The position numbers and the translations under genes are program-made. A stretch of 64,000 bases of DNA from a phage. Below the pieces are notes generated by a model. The model did no database searches, had not been told where the DNA came from, and saw only the letters and a list, made by a program, of their open reading frames with translations. Below are positions 1 through 9,219 of this stretch, one piece after another. Position 1 is the first letter of the stretch. Each line of letters begins with the position of its first letter. The stretch is from sequence record PZ445521.1; one strand, given 5' to 3'.

Positions 1-1564
1 TATTAGCTACACCTTTAATACCTTCGGCGTCAAATGACCCATCAAACACTTCATCGAGTATTAATGTACTAATACTAACACCAGATACAATAGAAGCAAT
101 ATCACGCCAAGTAAATAAAAGAGCAATATCAATTCTTGCCTTTTCACCTTCACTAAATGAAGCATAACTAAAATCTTCACGACCACGGGATTTAATTGTC
201 TCATTAAATTCTTCATCTAATGTAAACACATAATCCGCTTCCATTATTTTAAGATAATGGTTAATCTGCTTATTAAATAATGGAATGTACTTTTTAATAA
301 TAGCACCTTTAATACCAGAATCTTTGAGCATATCAGTCAAAATTCCTCTGTGGTATTTTTCCATTACTAAATTAGTTTTTGTCTTAACAATTTTATCAAG
401 TTCTTCTTGAAGCAGTGCTATTTCATCAGCATGGTCAATAAACTCAGAAGATGCTTTTTCTATAGCCGCTTTAACCTTTTTAGCTTTATCTACCGTCGTG
501 ATTAGAGATTGCTTTTTATTGCGAATATCATTTGCCAACGACTGTTGGGTTTTAATATTATCTCGGTATTCATCAACAAGAACTTTTAAATTATCACGGT
601 GTGTTGAAAGCTGTTCAAACGAATGCGTACATTCAGAAACTTTATCTTTAATTTTAGAAACAACTTTATCACCGGAACTTAATTGTGACAAACAGGTTGG
701 ACATAATCCACCTTCGTGATACATATTAATGACTTTATTATATGAGTCAATTTTTGATTTAATTAAAACTGCTTCTTGACCGATTTTATTAAATGCATCA
801 GTCGGGTCTTCATCCAAAACAATATTAACTAATCTTTCATTAGCTTCTTCTATTTCCGATTTTAGCGTTCTAGCTTCTTTTGCCAAATCATCGTACATAT
901 TTTGCAGACGAGTAAGGTTGTCACCCGTTAATTTTTTCTGGCGTTCAACGTTATCATTATATATTTTAATTTGTTGGATAATACTATCTTTTTTAACATC
1001 AAGCACTTGGTTCTGCGAATTTAATTCACGTATTAGTGCTTTATTAAGCTTATCCATTTCAGCTAATGTTCCTACCTCGAGCAGGTCTTCCACAAGCTTT
1101 CTTCGCGCAGGGGTCGACAAACCCATGAAAGGGGTATACCCTGCTGTACCAAGGACAACAATCTGCTTGAAACTGGCATATGACATTCCGATAAGCTGTT
1201 CAAATTCTGCTTGGAAATCTTTACTGCTGGCAGATTCATTAAGACGCGTACCGTTAACGGTGATTTCGAAAACGTTTGGTTTTTGTCCTCTTTTGATATA
1301 GTACTTTTTCTCATCATATTCCATCCACAGTTCAACTAAAAGTTCTTTCTTATTTGTGCTGTTTATTAATTGACCTTTCTTTACATCGCGAAATGGCTTG
1401 CCAAAAAGCCCAAATGTGATGGCTTCTAGCATAGTAGACTTACCACCGCCATTTCGTCCAGTAATAAGAGTTTTTTGAACCTTATCTAATTGAATGTCAA
1501 TAGGATTTCCACCTACTGACATTATATTTTGATACCTAACTCGATTTAGTTTAAAATTCTTCAC
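1..1564 (-). CDS. 46: Recombination endonuclease subunit gp46 (Rad50/SbcC-like ATPase); C-terminal end cut by window edge
   Basis: Minus-strand frame open from GTG at 1564 (AAGGA 7 nt upstream) to position 1; N-terminus MKNFKLNRV...GRNGGGKST Walker A; absent from ORF track because of non-ATG start and no stop in window. Confidence 0.85.
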   Translation of the reverse strand, partial: MKNFKLNRVRYQNIMSVGGNPIDIQLDKVQKTLITGRNGGGKSTMLEAITFGLFGKPFRDVKKGQLINSTNKKELLVELWMEYDEKKYYIKRGQKPNVFEITVNGTRLNESASSKDFQAEFEQLIGMSYASFKQIVVLGTAGYTPFMGLSTPARRKLVEDLLEVGTLAEMDKLNKALIRELNSQNQVLDVKKDSIIQQIKIYNDNVERQKKLTGDNLTRLQNMYDDLAKEARTLKSEIEEANERLVNIVLDEDPTDAFNKIGQEAVLIKSKIDSYNKVINMYHEGGLCPTCLSQLSSGDKVVSKIKDKVSECTHSFEQLSTHRDNLKVLVDEYRDNIKTQQSLANDIRNKKQSLITTVDKAKKVKAAIEKASSEFIDHADEIALLQEELDKIVKTKTNLVMEKYHRGILTDMLKDSGIKGAIIKKYIPLFNKQINHYLKIMEADYVFTLDEEFNETIKSRGREDFSYASFSEGEKARIDIALLFTWRDIASIVSGVSISTLILDEVFDGSFDAEGIKGVAN

Positions 1565-1824
1565 AAAAGATTCCTTTTAATGTATCTTTTAGACCATTCT
1601 ATCATATCATCATAATCTAAAAAGTATTCGTCAAATTCAGCCATGCAAACAACGCCTTGTGCTGTTTTTGATGTAATGTAAATTATTCCAACATATCTAG
1701 AATCTTCTTCGATATAATCAATATTTGCTATGAATTCATCATTAATGTCAAATGTCGAAAACTTCACAGTATGCATCCTTAATACAAGATACAGCCATAT
1801 CTCGTAATGATTTAGGTGTGTCAT
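1561..1824 (-). CDS. hypothetical small protein (46.1-like position)
   Basis: 87-aa ORF; stop overlaps gp46 start; overlaps next ORF by 77 nt so true start may be an internal Met. Confidence 0.4.
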   Translation of the reverse strand: MTHLNHYEIWLYLVLRMHTVKFSTFDINDEFIANIDYIEEDSRYVGIIYITSKTAQGVVCMAEFDEYFLDYDDMIEWSKRYIKRNLL

Positions 1825-2011
1825 TATCTAAAATGTTGAAGTTAAAAGATACAGCCCAGTCAGTGCAGACTGTAACCTTTTTAATACAATTATCTTCAAC
1901 CTCTAACGGTTCAAACCAATATTCAATAATTTCTTTATGCCCAATATCATCTTTTACTTCGCATTCAAAATGCTGACTCATCATAACATTTTTAAATTCA
2001 TCAAAAGTCAT
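1748..2011 (-). CDS. hypothetical small protein (46.2-like position)
   Basis: 87-aa ORF; start overlaps stop of gp47. Confidence 0.45.
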   Translation of the reverse strand: MTFDEFKNVMMSQHFECEVKDDIGHKEIIEYWFEPLEVEDNCIKKVTVCTDWAVSFNFNILDNDTPKSLRDMAVSCIKDAYCEVFDI

Positions 2012-3027
2012 TGTGTTGCCTCTACATATAACTGATTTGCATATTGAATAAGTGCTTCACGGTCAGAATCAGTGATGTCTGGAATTGCATTAATGTATTC
2101 TTCCATCAACGTCTGAAGAGATTGAACTTCAACTTCTTCACTGTCATCTGACTCGACAGAGTTATCAATCTTTGACACAACTCGTAATGAATGCACAACT
2201 TTTTCTAGTTCAGATTCGAACTTCGTCAGATTTTTGTCTACTTCAGTTACTATAACACGTACTGATAGATTTGTAAAATCTTTATAGTCAATTTTTCCTT
2301 TAAATGGATAATGAATTCTACGATGCCAGGTAGTATTGTTTGGAATAAATTCCATTCGTTCTGTTTCTGTATCAAACATCCAGAACCCACGAGGGTCATT
2401 CTCGTCACCTGCAGTTAGTGTCCATGGTGTCCCAATATATCTGACGTTAGCAGCCTCAGAAATAGTATGGAAGTGACCAGACCACACCTCTTTATAAGTC
2501 TTAAGGAAATCAGGTTCAAGACCGTGAGATTTCATTCCTTTATAAAAATAAAATCCATTCAGCTCCCAGTGACCAACACAAAAAGAAGCAGATGAAGTTT
2601 TGATGTGTTCAAGAATTTCACCAGTATTTTCTTCACACATCCAAGGAATTAAATCAATCAAACATCCGTCAAAATCTACTGTAGTAGGCTTATCATATAC
2701 TTTAACATTATGATATTTAGCCAAAAGCTCAGTAGAGGCATTTGGAGTTAAAGTATTTTTAAAGTGCATATCATGGTTTCCTACAACAGTATGTAGGGTA
2801 ATACCAGCATCATCAAGCATTTGAACTATTTCACGAGCGAACTCCATAGTTTTATGCGTGATTGCTTTTCGCACATCAAAAATATCGCCGTATTGAATCC
2901 ATGTAGTAATTCCATTTTTCTTAGAATATTCTATTGCTTGTTTAATTCCATCCAACTGAATGGATTGAACCCACTCATCATCGGCTTTAACGCCTAAATG
3001 CCAATCACCTAAATTTAAAATTTTCAT
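2008..3027 (-). CDS. 47: Recombination nuclease gp47 (Mre11/SbcD-like phosphoesterase)
   Basis: 339 aa; calcineurin-like phosphoesterase motifs (GDWHLG, GDIFD, GNHD, GHWH); immediately upstream of gp46. Confidence 0.9.
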   Translation of the reverse strand: MKILNLGDWHLGVKADDEWVQSIQLDGIKQAIEYSKKNGITTWIQYGDIFDVRKAITHKTMEFAREIVQMLDDAGITLHTVVGNHDMHFKNTLTPNASTELLAKYHNVKVYDKPTTVDFDGCLIDLIPWMCEENTGEILEHIKTSSASFCVGHWELNGFYFYKGMKSHGLEPDFLKTYKEVWSGHFHTISEAANVRYIGTPWTLTAGDENDPRGFWMFDTETERMEFIPNNTTWHRRIHYPFKGKIDYKDFTNLSVRVIVTEVDKNLTKFESELEKVVHSLRVVSKIDNSVESDDSEEVEVQSLQTLMEEYINAIPDITDSDREALIQYANQLYVEATQ

Positions 3028-3187
3028 ATATCAAGAACCGTCATTGAAATGCAAAATAAAATTATTGAAATAAATCCATCTGGAGTGCTAAAGAACCCAA
3101 TCCAACATGCTCTAGTGAATAGATAAAATGCAAGAAAAAGTATCACATATCCAAGAAATATCATTATATCAAACTCCGTATAAAGCT

Positions 3188-3205
3188 AAAGGGCCGAAGC
3201 CCTTT
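3188..3205 (-). terminator. stem-loop (UUCG tetraloop on transcript) at 3' end of a-gt
   Basis: aaagggccgaagcccttt inverted repeat overlapping a-gt stop. Confidence 0.45.
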
Positions 3206-4406
3206 ATTTTGTAATAATGTCAAACTGTTCTTTAAAGCAGAAGCTTGAATCTTGATGCTGATACAAAAATTCATATGCTTTTTCTCGCTCACGGTCATAA
3301 AGAGCTCGGTCAGATGACAGTTCTTTAATACGCTCGAATGTTGATTCCATGTCATTTTCATCAAACCAAATGATACCGCTATCATGCGAGGTCAAAGGAG
3401 TATTATCAACACGGAATTTTAAATTTTCGCCAGTAGATTTCCAAAATACCGGAATTGTTCCACATGCACCAAGCTCGAGATGAGTATATTCTAAAGAGCG
3501 CTGTAGATATTTTTTATCCAACTTACTCAACTGATAACCAAATCCGGATTTACTCATACGTTCAAGCATTTCGCTATTTACATAACGATCGAGAATTTGC
3601 GTTGGTAAATTAGGAGCAATTTTAATTTGGTCTACTTGATGAAGACGATAATACTCGTATGGAATTCCTTTTTCTTTAATAGGAATGAACGCTGGAGAAC
3701 GTTCCAGACCTTCCATAATAGTACTTAGTCCTGCAGGTTTAAGATGTTTTTCATGAAAATCAAACATCTGATAAAAACCTTTCCATGTAGTCGTACGACC
3801 AATCCAACGATTGATATTCATGTTAATTTCAGAAACATCTTTCCAGTAGGTTGACCGAACCTTCGCAATATCCATAGGAGGCTGAAAGTTATATACTGTC
3901 GGTGCTTCTTCAATATCATCAAACAGAGAAACTGTTTCAGGATACCATTCTTTCATCAGAACTTTATTAAAATCACCATTATCAGAATGGCTAAAAATAA
4001 CATCAGCTCGACGAACAGTTTCTTCTAATCCCAAATTTCGGCGCAAAGAAAGAGAAGAATGGTCATGTTGATAAACTACAACACGAACAGAAGGTTTAAT
4101 GTTATCAATAATTTTTTTATAGTTATTAATAGTGTCTTCTTCAACCGAAGTAGCAGGAACTGAATTGATAATTAGAATATCACAATCATTTACCAGCTTA
4201 AGTGTTTTATCGTATTCTTTTGCCAATAAAACCGGAATTGAAAATGATTTATAATCATGCGCACAGTTACGAGTAAATGATTTATCTTTGGCATAAACCA
4301 AAGTTACTTCATGACCATTTTTAATAAACCAATCACGTTGCTCAAGAGAAAATTTAGTTACACCGCAACCTTCAAGACCTCGAGCCATAAAAATACATAC
4401 TTTCAT
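3204..4406 (-). CDS. a-gt: DNA alpha-glucosyltransferase
   Basis: 400 aa, same size and position (between 47 and 55) as T4 a-gt; assignment by synteny and size only. Confidence 0.7.
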   Translation of the reverse strand: MKVCIFMARGLEGCGVTKFSLEQRDWFIKNGHEVTLVYAKDKSFTRNCAHDYKSFSIPVLLAKEYDKTLKLVNDCDILIINSVPATSVEEDTINNYKKIIDNIKPSVRVVVYQHDHSSLSLRRNLGLEETVRRADVIFSHSDNGDFNKVLMKEWYPETVSLFDDIEEAPTVYNFQPPMDIAKVRSTYWKDVSEINMNINRWIGRTTTWKGFYQMFDFHEKHLKPAGLSTIMEGLERSPAFIPIKEKGIPYEYYRLHQVDQIKIAPNLPTQILDRYVNSEMLERMSKSGFGYQLSKLDKKYLQRSLEYTHLELGACGTIPVFWKSTGENLKFRVDNTPLTSHDSGIIWFDENDMESTFERIKELSSDRALYDREREKAYEFLYQHQDSSFCFKEQFDIITK

Positions 4407-4456
4407 TTAATATCCTCATTGTTTTGGTTTATTTTACCAAAAATTTATAAAGCAAT

Positions 4457-4476
4457 ATAGGAGCCGAAGCTCCTAT
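4457..4476 (-). terminator. stem-loop between small ORF and a-gt
   Basis: ataggagccgaagctcctat inverted repeat, UUCG loop on minus transcript. Confidence 0.4.
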
Positions 4477-4646
4477 CCGCATAATACGCCATACAAAGGC
4501 TCATTAGAACTTCTAAATTTTATGCGCTTATATGTTATAGTTCCTTCTGCTTTAGCTTTATCATAAGACTCTTTAAAGAGTCTCATCATTTCCTCTTTAG
4601 AGGAACGAATTTTATTATAATCTATTTCAGAAGTCTGGGTGTTCAT
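4473..4646 (-). CDS. hypothetical small protein (57 aa)
   Basis: Hand-translated minus-strand ORF MNTQTSEIDYNK...; below ORF-track length cutoff. Confidence 0.3.
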   Translation of the reverse strand: MNTQTSEIDYNKIRSSKEEMMRLFKESYDKAKAEGTITYKRIKFRSSNEPLYGVLCG

Positions 4647-4649
4647 CTT

Positions 4650-4856
4650 TCATAACTGCCACCATTTTTTGACTTGATAAGAATCAACCCACACTTTCAT
4701 ATTAGGGTCTGCTCTTACAATAGGAGGATTAACTTCTTTAATTGAACTATCATGGTATTCTTTTTCAGAAATTTTCACACAAAGATGACCATTCAAAGAT
4801 TCAGTAAATCCTGCATTAATTTTAAGACGCTTGAATTTTACGCGTGTAAGCATCAA
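4650..4856 (-). CDS. hypothetical small protein
   Basis: 68-aa ORF in compact minus-strand array. Confidence 0.4.
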   Translation of the reverse strand: MMLTRVKFKRLKINAGFTESLNGHLCVKISEKEYHDSSIKEVNPPIVRADPNMKVWVDSYQVKKWWQL

Positions 4857-5139
4857 TCATATCCTCAATTTGCGATCTAGTAGTCTTCCAAAGAATACTG
4901 ATGAGTTCATCGTTATATGGCTGTTTTAGAATATCCCGACTTTTCTTGATAGCATATTCGTATTGAGCAAAATTATTGTTTTCAGCTGCGATCTGAGCGT
5001 GCTTATAAAGACGATTCAGTTCGCGTTTGTTTTTAGACAATAACTTATTTGCTTTTCTTTCTGCTTCAAGACGGTTCTTTTCTTCAATAGAAGAAATAAG
5101 CTTTTCCACTTCATCATTAATTTCGGGTTTATCAGTCAT
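4822..5139 (-). CDS. hypothetical protein, predicted coiled-coil
   Basis: 105-aa ORF; charged helical sequence. Confidence 0.5.
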   Translation of the reverse strand: MTDKPEINDEVEKLISSIEEKNRLEAERKANKLLSKNKRELNRLYKHAQIAAENNNFAQYEYAIKKSRDILKQPYNDELISILWKTTRSQIEDMIDAYTRKIQAS

Positions 5140-5140
5140 A

Positions 5141-5359
5141 TTATTTCTCTAATATAAAATAAAAATCATCATCTGTTAAATGATACCTGTAATTTAATTC
5201 TACACCATTAGATTTAAAAGCGGTATCATACGGATTTTCTGGATCAATATCAATGTCAAGAGCTAAAACTTCCCTGAGATACATTTTAAGTAAATAGGGA
5301 ATAGCTTCAACTTCAGGTATTTCTTCCAAGAATCCGGAGAGGTTAATCGTTAGCCTCAT
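5141..5359 (-). CDS. hypothetical small acidic protein
   Basis: 72-aa ORF immediately downstream of gene 55, overlapping its stop. Confidence 0.5.
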
Positions 5360-5900
5360 ATAAAAAATCCAAACTAGGAGAATCGTCTACAACACTTTTC
5401 TTTTCAGCCCCCGGTGTTCTATAGGTTGATTCTTCGTAATGCGTCATTTTATCATAGATGTCTTGAATAAAAGTTTCATCTACTAACGCAACCATATCGT
5501 CGTCACGACTGTCATAGACATTGTGAACGAAGTAACTATATTTCTTTGCAACTTCCTTACGTTCTTTTTTAATACGTTGGACGAATGCATTAAAACAAGC
5601 TTGAGTTATATATGCATGTGGGTTTTTATATTTCGTTTCATCAAAATTATGAAGCCCCTTAATAGAAGCTTCTATACCATCTGCAATCATTTCTTGTTTC
5701 CAAGACTGGGTGTATCCTGAAAAGTTGAAACGTTTAGATAAGCCTTCTGCAATAAGCATAATGGCTAATCCAATAGTATCATTTTGACGAACTACTTTAT
5801 TTGGGTCTTTATTATTTGCTAATTCTGTTTTCCAATCAATAATAGCTTGTAAAAGCTCTTTATTGTTTACGTAATTATATTTAGGCTTAGTTTCTGACAT
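5343..5900 (-). CDS. 55: Late-transcription sigma factor gp55
   Basis: ORF 5343..5906; start taken at third codon ([11 protein letters not shown]...) giving 185 aa as in T4 gp55; position between a-gt and nrdH/nrdG. Confidence 0.85.
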
Positions 5901-5978
5901 TTTCACCTCTTAGCTCAATTCATAGATCTATTATATCATAATATTTGAAGATCTATCTTAAAGCATAGAGGATATCAG

Positions 5979-6248
5979 TTATCTAAGTAAACAGTATGCT
6001 TGGAATACTTTTTCCATCATCTTTTTAAATTCATGAATATCTATATAATGACTAGTTAAATCAGCATGATATAAAAAGTCTAAAAACTTTTCATGTGTAC
6101 TAACATATTCACTTTCATTTAATTCAGAAACATGACTTTCCCAATATCCAACACCAGTTTTATTTGGGAAAAATGAAATTTTCATGTATTGGTCAACATA
6201 GAAAATGCCATAATTTTCAATAGTAATAGAAATATTAATAAATTTCAT
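5979..6248 (-). CDS. hypothetical protein
   Basis: 89-aa ORF. Confidence 0.45.
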   Translation of the reverse strand: MKFINISITIENYGIFYVDQYMKISFFPNKTGVGYWESHVSELNESEYVSTHEKFLDFLYHADLTSHYIDIHEFKKMMEKVFQAYCLLR

Positions 6249-6460
6249 ACATTCATCAACTTAGCCGCTTCAAGAGCTGCATCTAGTGAATCAAATTGGT
6301 CAACATATTCAATCAATTCGCCATAATTGGCATATAACCACCATTGGCTAAATTCATACTCAAGGATGAATCCATTTCCTTCAATTTGAGTTAAACCATT
6401 GCCGTTTGTATTTACTTCATATCCGGCAAGACGCAAATCGTTAATAAGAGCTTCGTTCAT
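6245..6460 (-). CDS. hypothetical small acidic protein
   Basis: 71-aa ORF, start overlaps upstream stop. Confidence 0.5.
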   Translation of the reverse strand: MNEALINDLRLAGYEVNTNGNGLTQIEGNGFILEYEFSQWWLYANYGELIEYVDQFDSLDAALEAAKLMNV

Positions 6461-6462
6461 AA

Positions 6463-6789
6463 TTATACCTTAGTAATTTTCAGGTCTGCAAATTTTTTCT
6501 TGCGTTGATTTTTCATGCGACGAATAGTTTTATCGGAAATTTCATGCTTTTGATAAGCTTTAGATTCTACACCAAAAGCTTTAACATCAAATTCTGACAA
6601 GATATATTGAACCAACAATTCACGGACAGTATTGCGTCCAATCTTCTGATCATTCTGTTTCATCGTCTGATGAAGCTCTTTTTCCCATTTATCCAAAATT
6701 TGAGGAGTTACAATATCGCCTTTTTCTAGCAAAGAAACTACTTTATCATATGCGTAAGAATTAATGACGTTTTTAATTTGAATAGTCAT
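6463..6789 (-). CDS. hypothetical protein
   Basis: 108-aa ORF. Confidence 0.5.
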   Translation of the reverse strand: MTIQIKNVINSYAYDKVVSLLEKGDIVTPQILDKWEKELHQTMKQNDQKIGRNTVRELLVQYILSEFDVKAFGVESKAYQKHEISDKTIRRMKNQRKKKFADLKITKV

Positions 6790-6827
6790 ACATTATCCTC
6801 AATTACGTTAAAATTTTATTATCCAAA

Positions 6828-6843
6828 AAGGGCCGAAGCCCTT
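6828..6843 (-). terminator. stem-loop (UUCG loop on transcript)
   Basis: aagggccgaagccctt inverted repeat at 3' end of ORF 6842..7042. Confidence 0.4.
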
Positions 6844-7042
6844 AGCTAAACTTTTTGGCACCCTTCCAGCCTTCATACATCATTGCGGCTGATATTAATA
6901 TTGCTCCTGAGCAACTTGAATATTTGTGATTCCAAAACCAGTTTAGAAAAACTTCATCATCAATACCTTGGGCTATCATATTTTCAAAGAACTGACGACG
7001 AGATTCGGCAATTCGTTGTGATAATTTAGATTCAGGATTCAT
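6842..7042 (-). CDS. hypothetical small protein
   Basis: 66-aa ORF. Confidence 0.45.
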   Translation of the reverse strand: MNPESKLSQRIAESRRQFFENMIAQGIDDEVFLNWFWNHKYSSCSGAILISAAMMYEGWKGAKKFS

Positions 7043-7258
7043 TTAAATTTTCCAGTTACCATTTTCATCAATAAATTTAATCCAGTCATTTACTGACCAC
7101 TTAGTTGTATCGCCTTTTGGAGTAACATTTAAAGTGTATAACCCCTGCTTAAAAAGCATTCGTTTAATATTCATATTTTCCTCAGCTGTAACGATAACAT
7201 TCGTTTGATTTGCGCTTAGCAACCCATTGAGATGTATTATAATCAAAATCATCGTCAA
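7043..7258 (-). CDS. hypothetical small protein
   Basis: 71-aa ORF; overlaps next ORF by 77 nt, true start may be internal Met. Confidence 0.35.
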   Translation of the reverse strand: MTMILIIIHLNGLLSANQTNVIVTAEENMNIKRMLFKQGLYTLNVTPKGDTTKWSVNDWIKFIDENGNWKI

Positions 7259-7514
7259 TGTAAACTGATTTTTTCAACTTTCTTACTTCACCACGCAGTT
7301 GACGATTCAATTCATTCTTAACCTCTGAATCAACACCTCGCATACGTCGCCATTTATCTGAACGAAAAATGTTTTCAACCATATCTTTATGACTTACCCC
7401 ATCAGGAGCTTTACGCTTTCCGAAATAGTCATAATCACGCACTTTTAAGTCTTTACGACGATACGTTTTACCCATGGAGTTTAATTTCCTTAGCAACTGA
7501 ACTAAATGCAGCAC
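7182..7514 (-). CDS. hypothetical basic protein
   Basis: 110-aa ORF rich in Lys/Arg. Confidence 0.45.
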   Translation of the reverse strand: MLHLVQLLRKLNSMGKTYRRKDLKVRDYDYFGKRKAPDGVSHKDMVENIFRSDKWRRMRGVDSEVKNELNRQLRGEVRKLKKSVYIDDDFDYNTSQWVAKRKSNECYRYS

Positions 7515-7650
7515 GATCGCAAATCATGCGTTTATGTAACTTGAGTATAATATAGCAAACTTCAAAACTATTTACATGAGTAACACGAACAGCATTACCA
7601 TTAATGAGATAATACTGTCCCTTTTTAATTTCTTTATCAACCATAACCAT
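7468..7650 (-). CDS. hypothetical small protein
   Basis: 60-aa ORF downstream of early-promoter-like element at 7683..7725. Confidence 0.4.
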   Translation of the reverse strand: MVMVDKEIKKGQYYLINGNAVRVTHVNSFEVCYIILKLHKRMICDRAAFSSVAKEIKLHG

Positions 7651-7682
7651 ATCAATTCCTCAAAGGTAATTCATATGTTAAT

Positions 7683-7725
7683 AATACCACGGTTTGAACT
7701 TGTTGTAAACAACTTTGTGAAAAAT
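7683..7725 (-). promoter_or_regulatory. T4-type early promoter-like element
   Basis: minus-strand GTTTAC -35-like hexamer (7705..7710) with upstream TTTTTCACAAAG block and TATTAT -10-like element about 18 nt downstream. Confidence 0.4.
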
Positions 7726-7791
7726 ATTTTAGGGAATGATAAGAAAGGAACGATAGCTTAGAATGGTAATATACAGAATGTGAGAAAGAAA

Positions 7792-7804
7792 GGCCCAGAG
7801 GGCC
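7792..7804 (-). terminator. intrinsic terminator-like hairpin after nrdH
   Basis: ggccc-aga-gggcc hairpin followed on minus transcript by UUUCUUUCUC. Confidence 0.5.
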
Positions 7805-7808
7805 CGTC

Positions 7809-8102
7809 TTAATCTTCTATGATATCTCTATCATATCCAAGTGAAATGAGAGTTTCTTTGAAGTGTTTAATGTTCTTTTGTCTAGAATCATTAATGAAAA
7901 TGACTGGATAACGAATGTTAAGAGATGTGAATCCAGCGCGTTTAGCAAGAGATACAATCAGTGGACGATCATACTCAATCTTACCATTATTAGTAAGAAC
8001 TTTATAAAAAGTAAAAGGAGCATTGAGCTCCTTTAGAAGTTTTGTAACTGATTGACATCCAGGACAACGACCTACTTCATCTGGAATTCCATAGACTTCA
8101 AT
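7809..8102 (-). CDS. nrdH: NrdH-like glutaredoxin (redoxin for ribonucleotide reductase)
   Basis: CPGC redox motif; ATG-initiated ORF 7809..8261 has a low-complexity N-terminal extension overlapping ORF 8104..8415, so start placed just after that stop; no ATG/GTG there (ATT codon), start uncertain. Confidence 0.55.
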   Translation of the reverse strand: MEVYGIPDEVGRCPGCQSVTKLLKELNAPFTFYKVLTNNGKIEYDRPLIVSLAKRAGFTSLNIRYPVIFINDSRQKNIKHFKETLISLGYDRDIIED

Positions 8103-8103
8103 C

Positions 8104-8415
8104 TTATTCTTTAAGTTCGAGTTTTGTTCCACGAGAAATAATTCCTTGGTAAGCCCAATAAGGAGGATTAACAGAATCCTCACCAGAGTTTTCTTCAGGA
8201 AAATAAACCTGGATAACGAAGCCGGATTCATCAAAGGTAAAATAAACCGTAGGCAGTTCACCTAACAATTCGGCACGAGCATTAATTTCTTCGAGATCTC
8301 GTTCACGTCCAGCCCAAAAACTAGGATTTAGACTACATTCGTAAAAATAATAGTCATTACCGAACATATCAAAACCCTTCCAACTCTCTACCACATACCG
8401 CTCAAAACTAATCAT
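8104..8415 (-). CDS. hypothetical protein
   Basis: 103-aa ORF. Confidence 0.55.
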   Translation of the reverse strand: MISFERYVVESWKGFDMFGNDYYFYECSLNPSFWAGRERDLEEINARAELLGELPTVYFTFDESGFVIQVYFPEENSGEDSVNPPYWAYQGIISRGTKLELKE

Positions 8416-8417
8416 AA

Positions 8418-8633
8418 TTAAGCCTTTTTATCAAGAACAGAATTCAGCTTGTTAGTAATTTTATCCAGACGCTCATTGAACTCACTAGAAGATAAGCCCT
8501 TTTCTGGAGAAATCAAACTAATCACGAAAAATATAGCAATAAAAGGAATAAGGAAAATAGCTCCAACTGCCATAAACAGAAAGAATGTTACAGTTGTAAG
8601 AAAATCAGCTAAACCTTTACGAAATTTATACAT
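8418..8633 (-). CDS. hypothetical small membrane protein
   Basis: 71 aa with one long hydrophobic segment (FFLFMAVGAIFLIPFIAIFFVISLI). Confidence 0.5.
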   Translation of the reverse strand: MYKFRKGLADFLTTVTFFLFMAVGAIFLIPFIAIFFVISLISPEKGLSSSEFNERLDKITNKLNSVLDKKA

Positions 8634-8748
8634 ATTTTACCCTTAATTGATTAACCAAGCATTGATAAGCACTAAACTATATTGCGAATAAAATTCTGGA
8701 CCAAAATGAAAAATCATATCATTTATAGTATCCATAATGTAATTCAAT

Positions 8749-9219
8749 TTAATCATGTGTCCACACCCCATCGGTATTTGACCAAAGTCGCTGATTATCT
8801 GATCCTCGCCACAGCTTTTTAGTCGGAAGATTTTTCTCATACTTCCCATCAATAATAACATCAACATATTTAAGCATTTCTAGTTGTTTAATATCTTCAA
8901 ACTTATATCCTGTCCACAACCAAATGCTTTTATTGGGATAAAGATTTTTAATAGTTTGAACCACAGAGTGAATCACGTCTCTGTTATCAGGATAAAGAGG
9001 GTCACCTCCGGTTATAGTCAATCCTTCTATATAATCATTATTCAAACATTCAATTAATTGTTCTAGTGTTTCACCAGTGAATGGAACACCATTTCTAGCA
9101 TTCCATGTTGATTTATTATAACACCCTTCGCATTTATGCAAACAACCTGTAACGAAAAGAACGACCCTGCATCCAGGGCCATTCACAAAATCACAGGGAT
9201 AAAATCTATCGTAATTCAT
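8749..9219 (-). CDS. nrdG: Anaerobic ribonucleotide reductase activating protein (radical SAM)
   Basis: 156 aa; CLHKCEGCYN radical-SAM cysteine cluster; stop overlaps nrdD. Confidence 0.85.
   Translation of the reverse strand: MNYDRFYPCDFVNGPGCRVVLFVTGCLHKCEGCYNKSTWNARNGVPFTGETLEQLIECLNNDYIEGLTITGGDPLYPDNRDVIHSVVQTIKNLYPNKSIWLWTGYKFEDIKQLEMLKYVDVIIDGKYEKNLPTKKLWRGSDNQRLWSNTDGVWTHD

Noticed and set aside
498-1301. Plus-strand ORFs 498..719 and 918..1301, and minus ORF 1072..1335
   Set aside because: They lie inside the gp46 coding region in the wrong frame or strand; gp46 reads cleanly from 1564 to 1 on the minus strand.
1752-1976. Plus-strand ORF 1752..1976
   Set aside because: Antisense to two tightly packed minus-strand small ORFs; low-complexity Ser-rich translation.
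3164-3385. Minus ORF 3164..3385
   Set aside because: Out-of-frame overlap with the a-gt 3' end and its terminator hairpin.
7809-8261. Full 150-aa ATG-initiated version of the NrdH ORF
   Set aside because: N-terminal 50 residues are low-complexity and overlap ORF 8104..8415; only the C-terminal redoxin domain is credible.
8643-8867. Minus ORF 8643..8867
   Set aside because: Overlaps the nrdG 3' end by 119 nt in another frame; at most a roughly 37-aa peptide if started internally.
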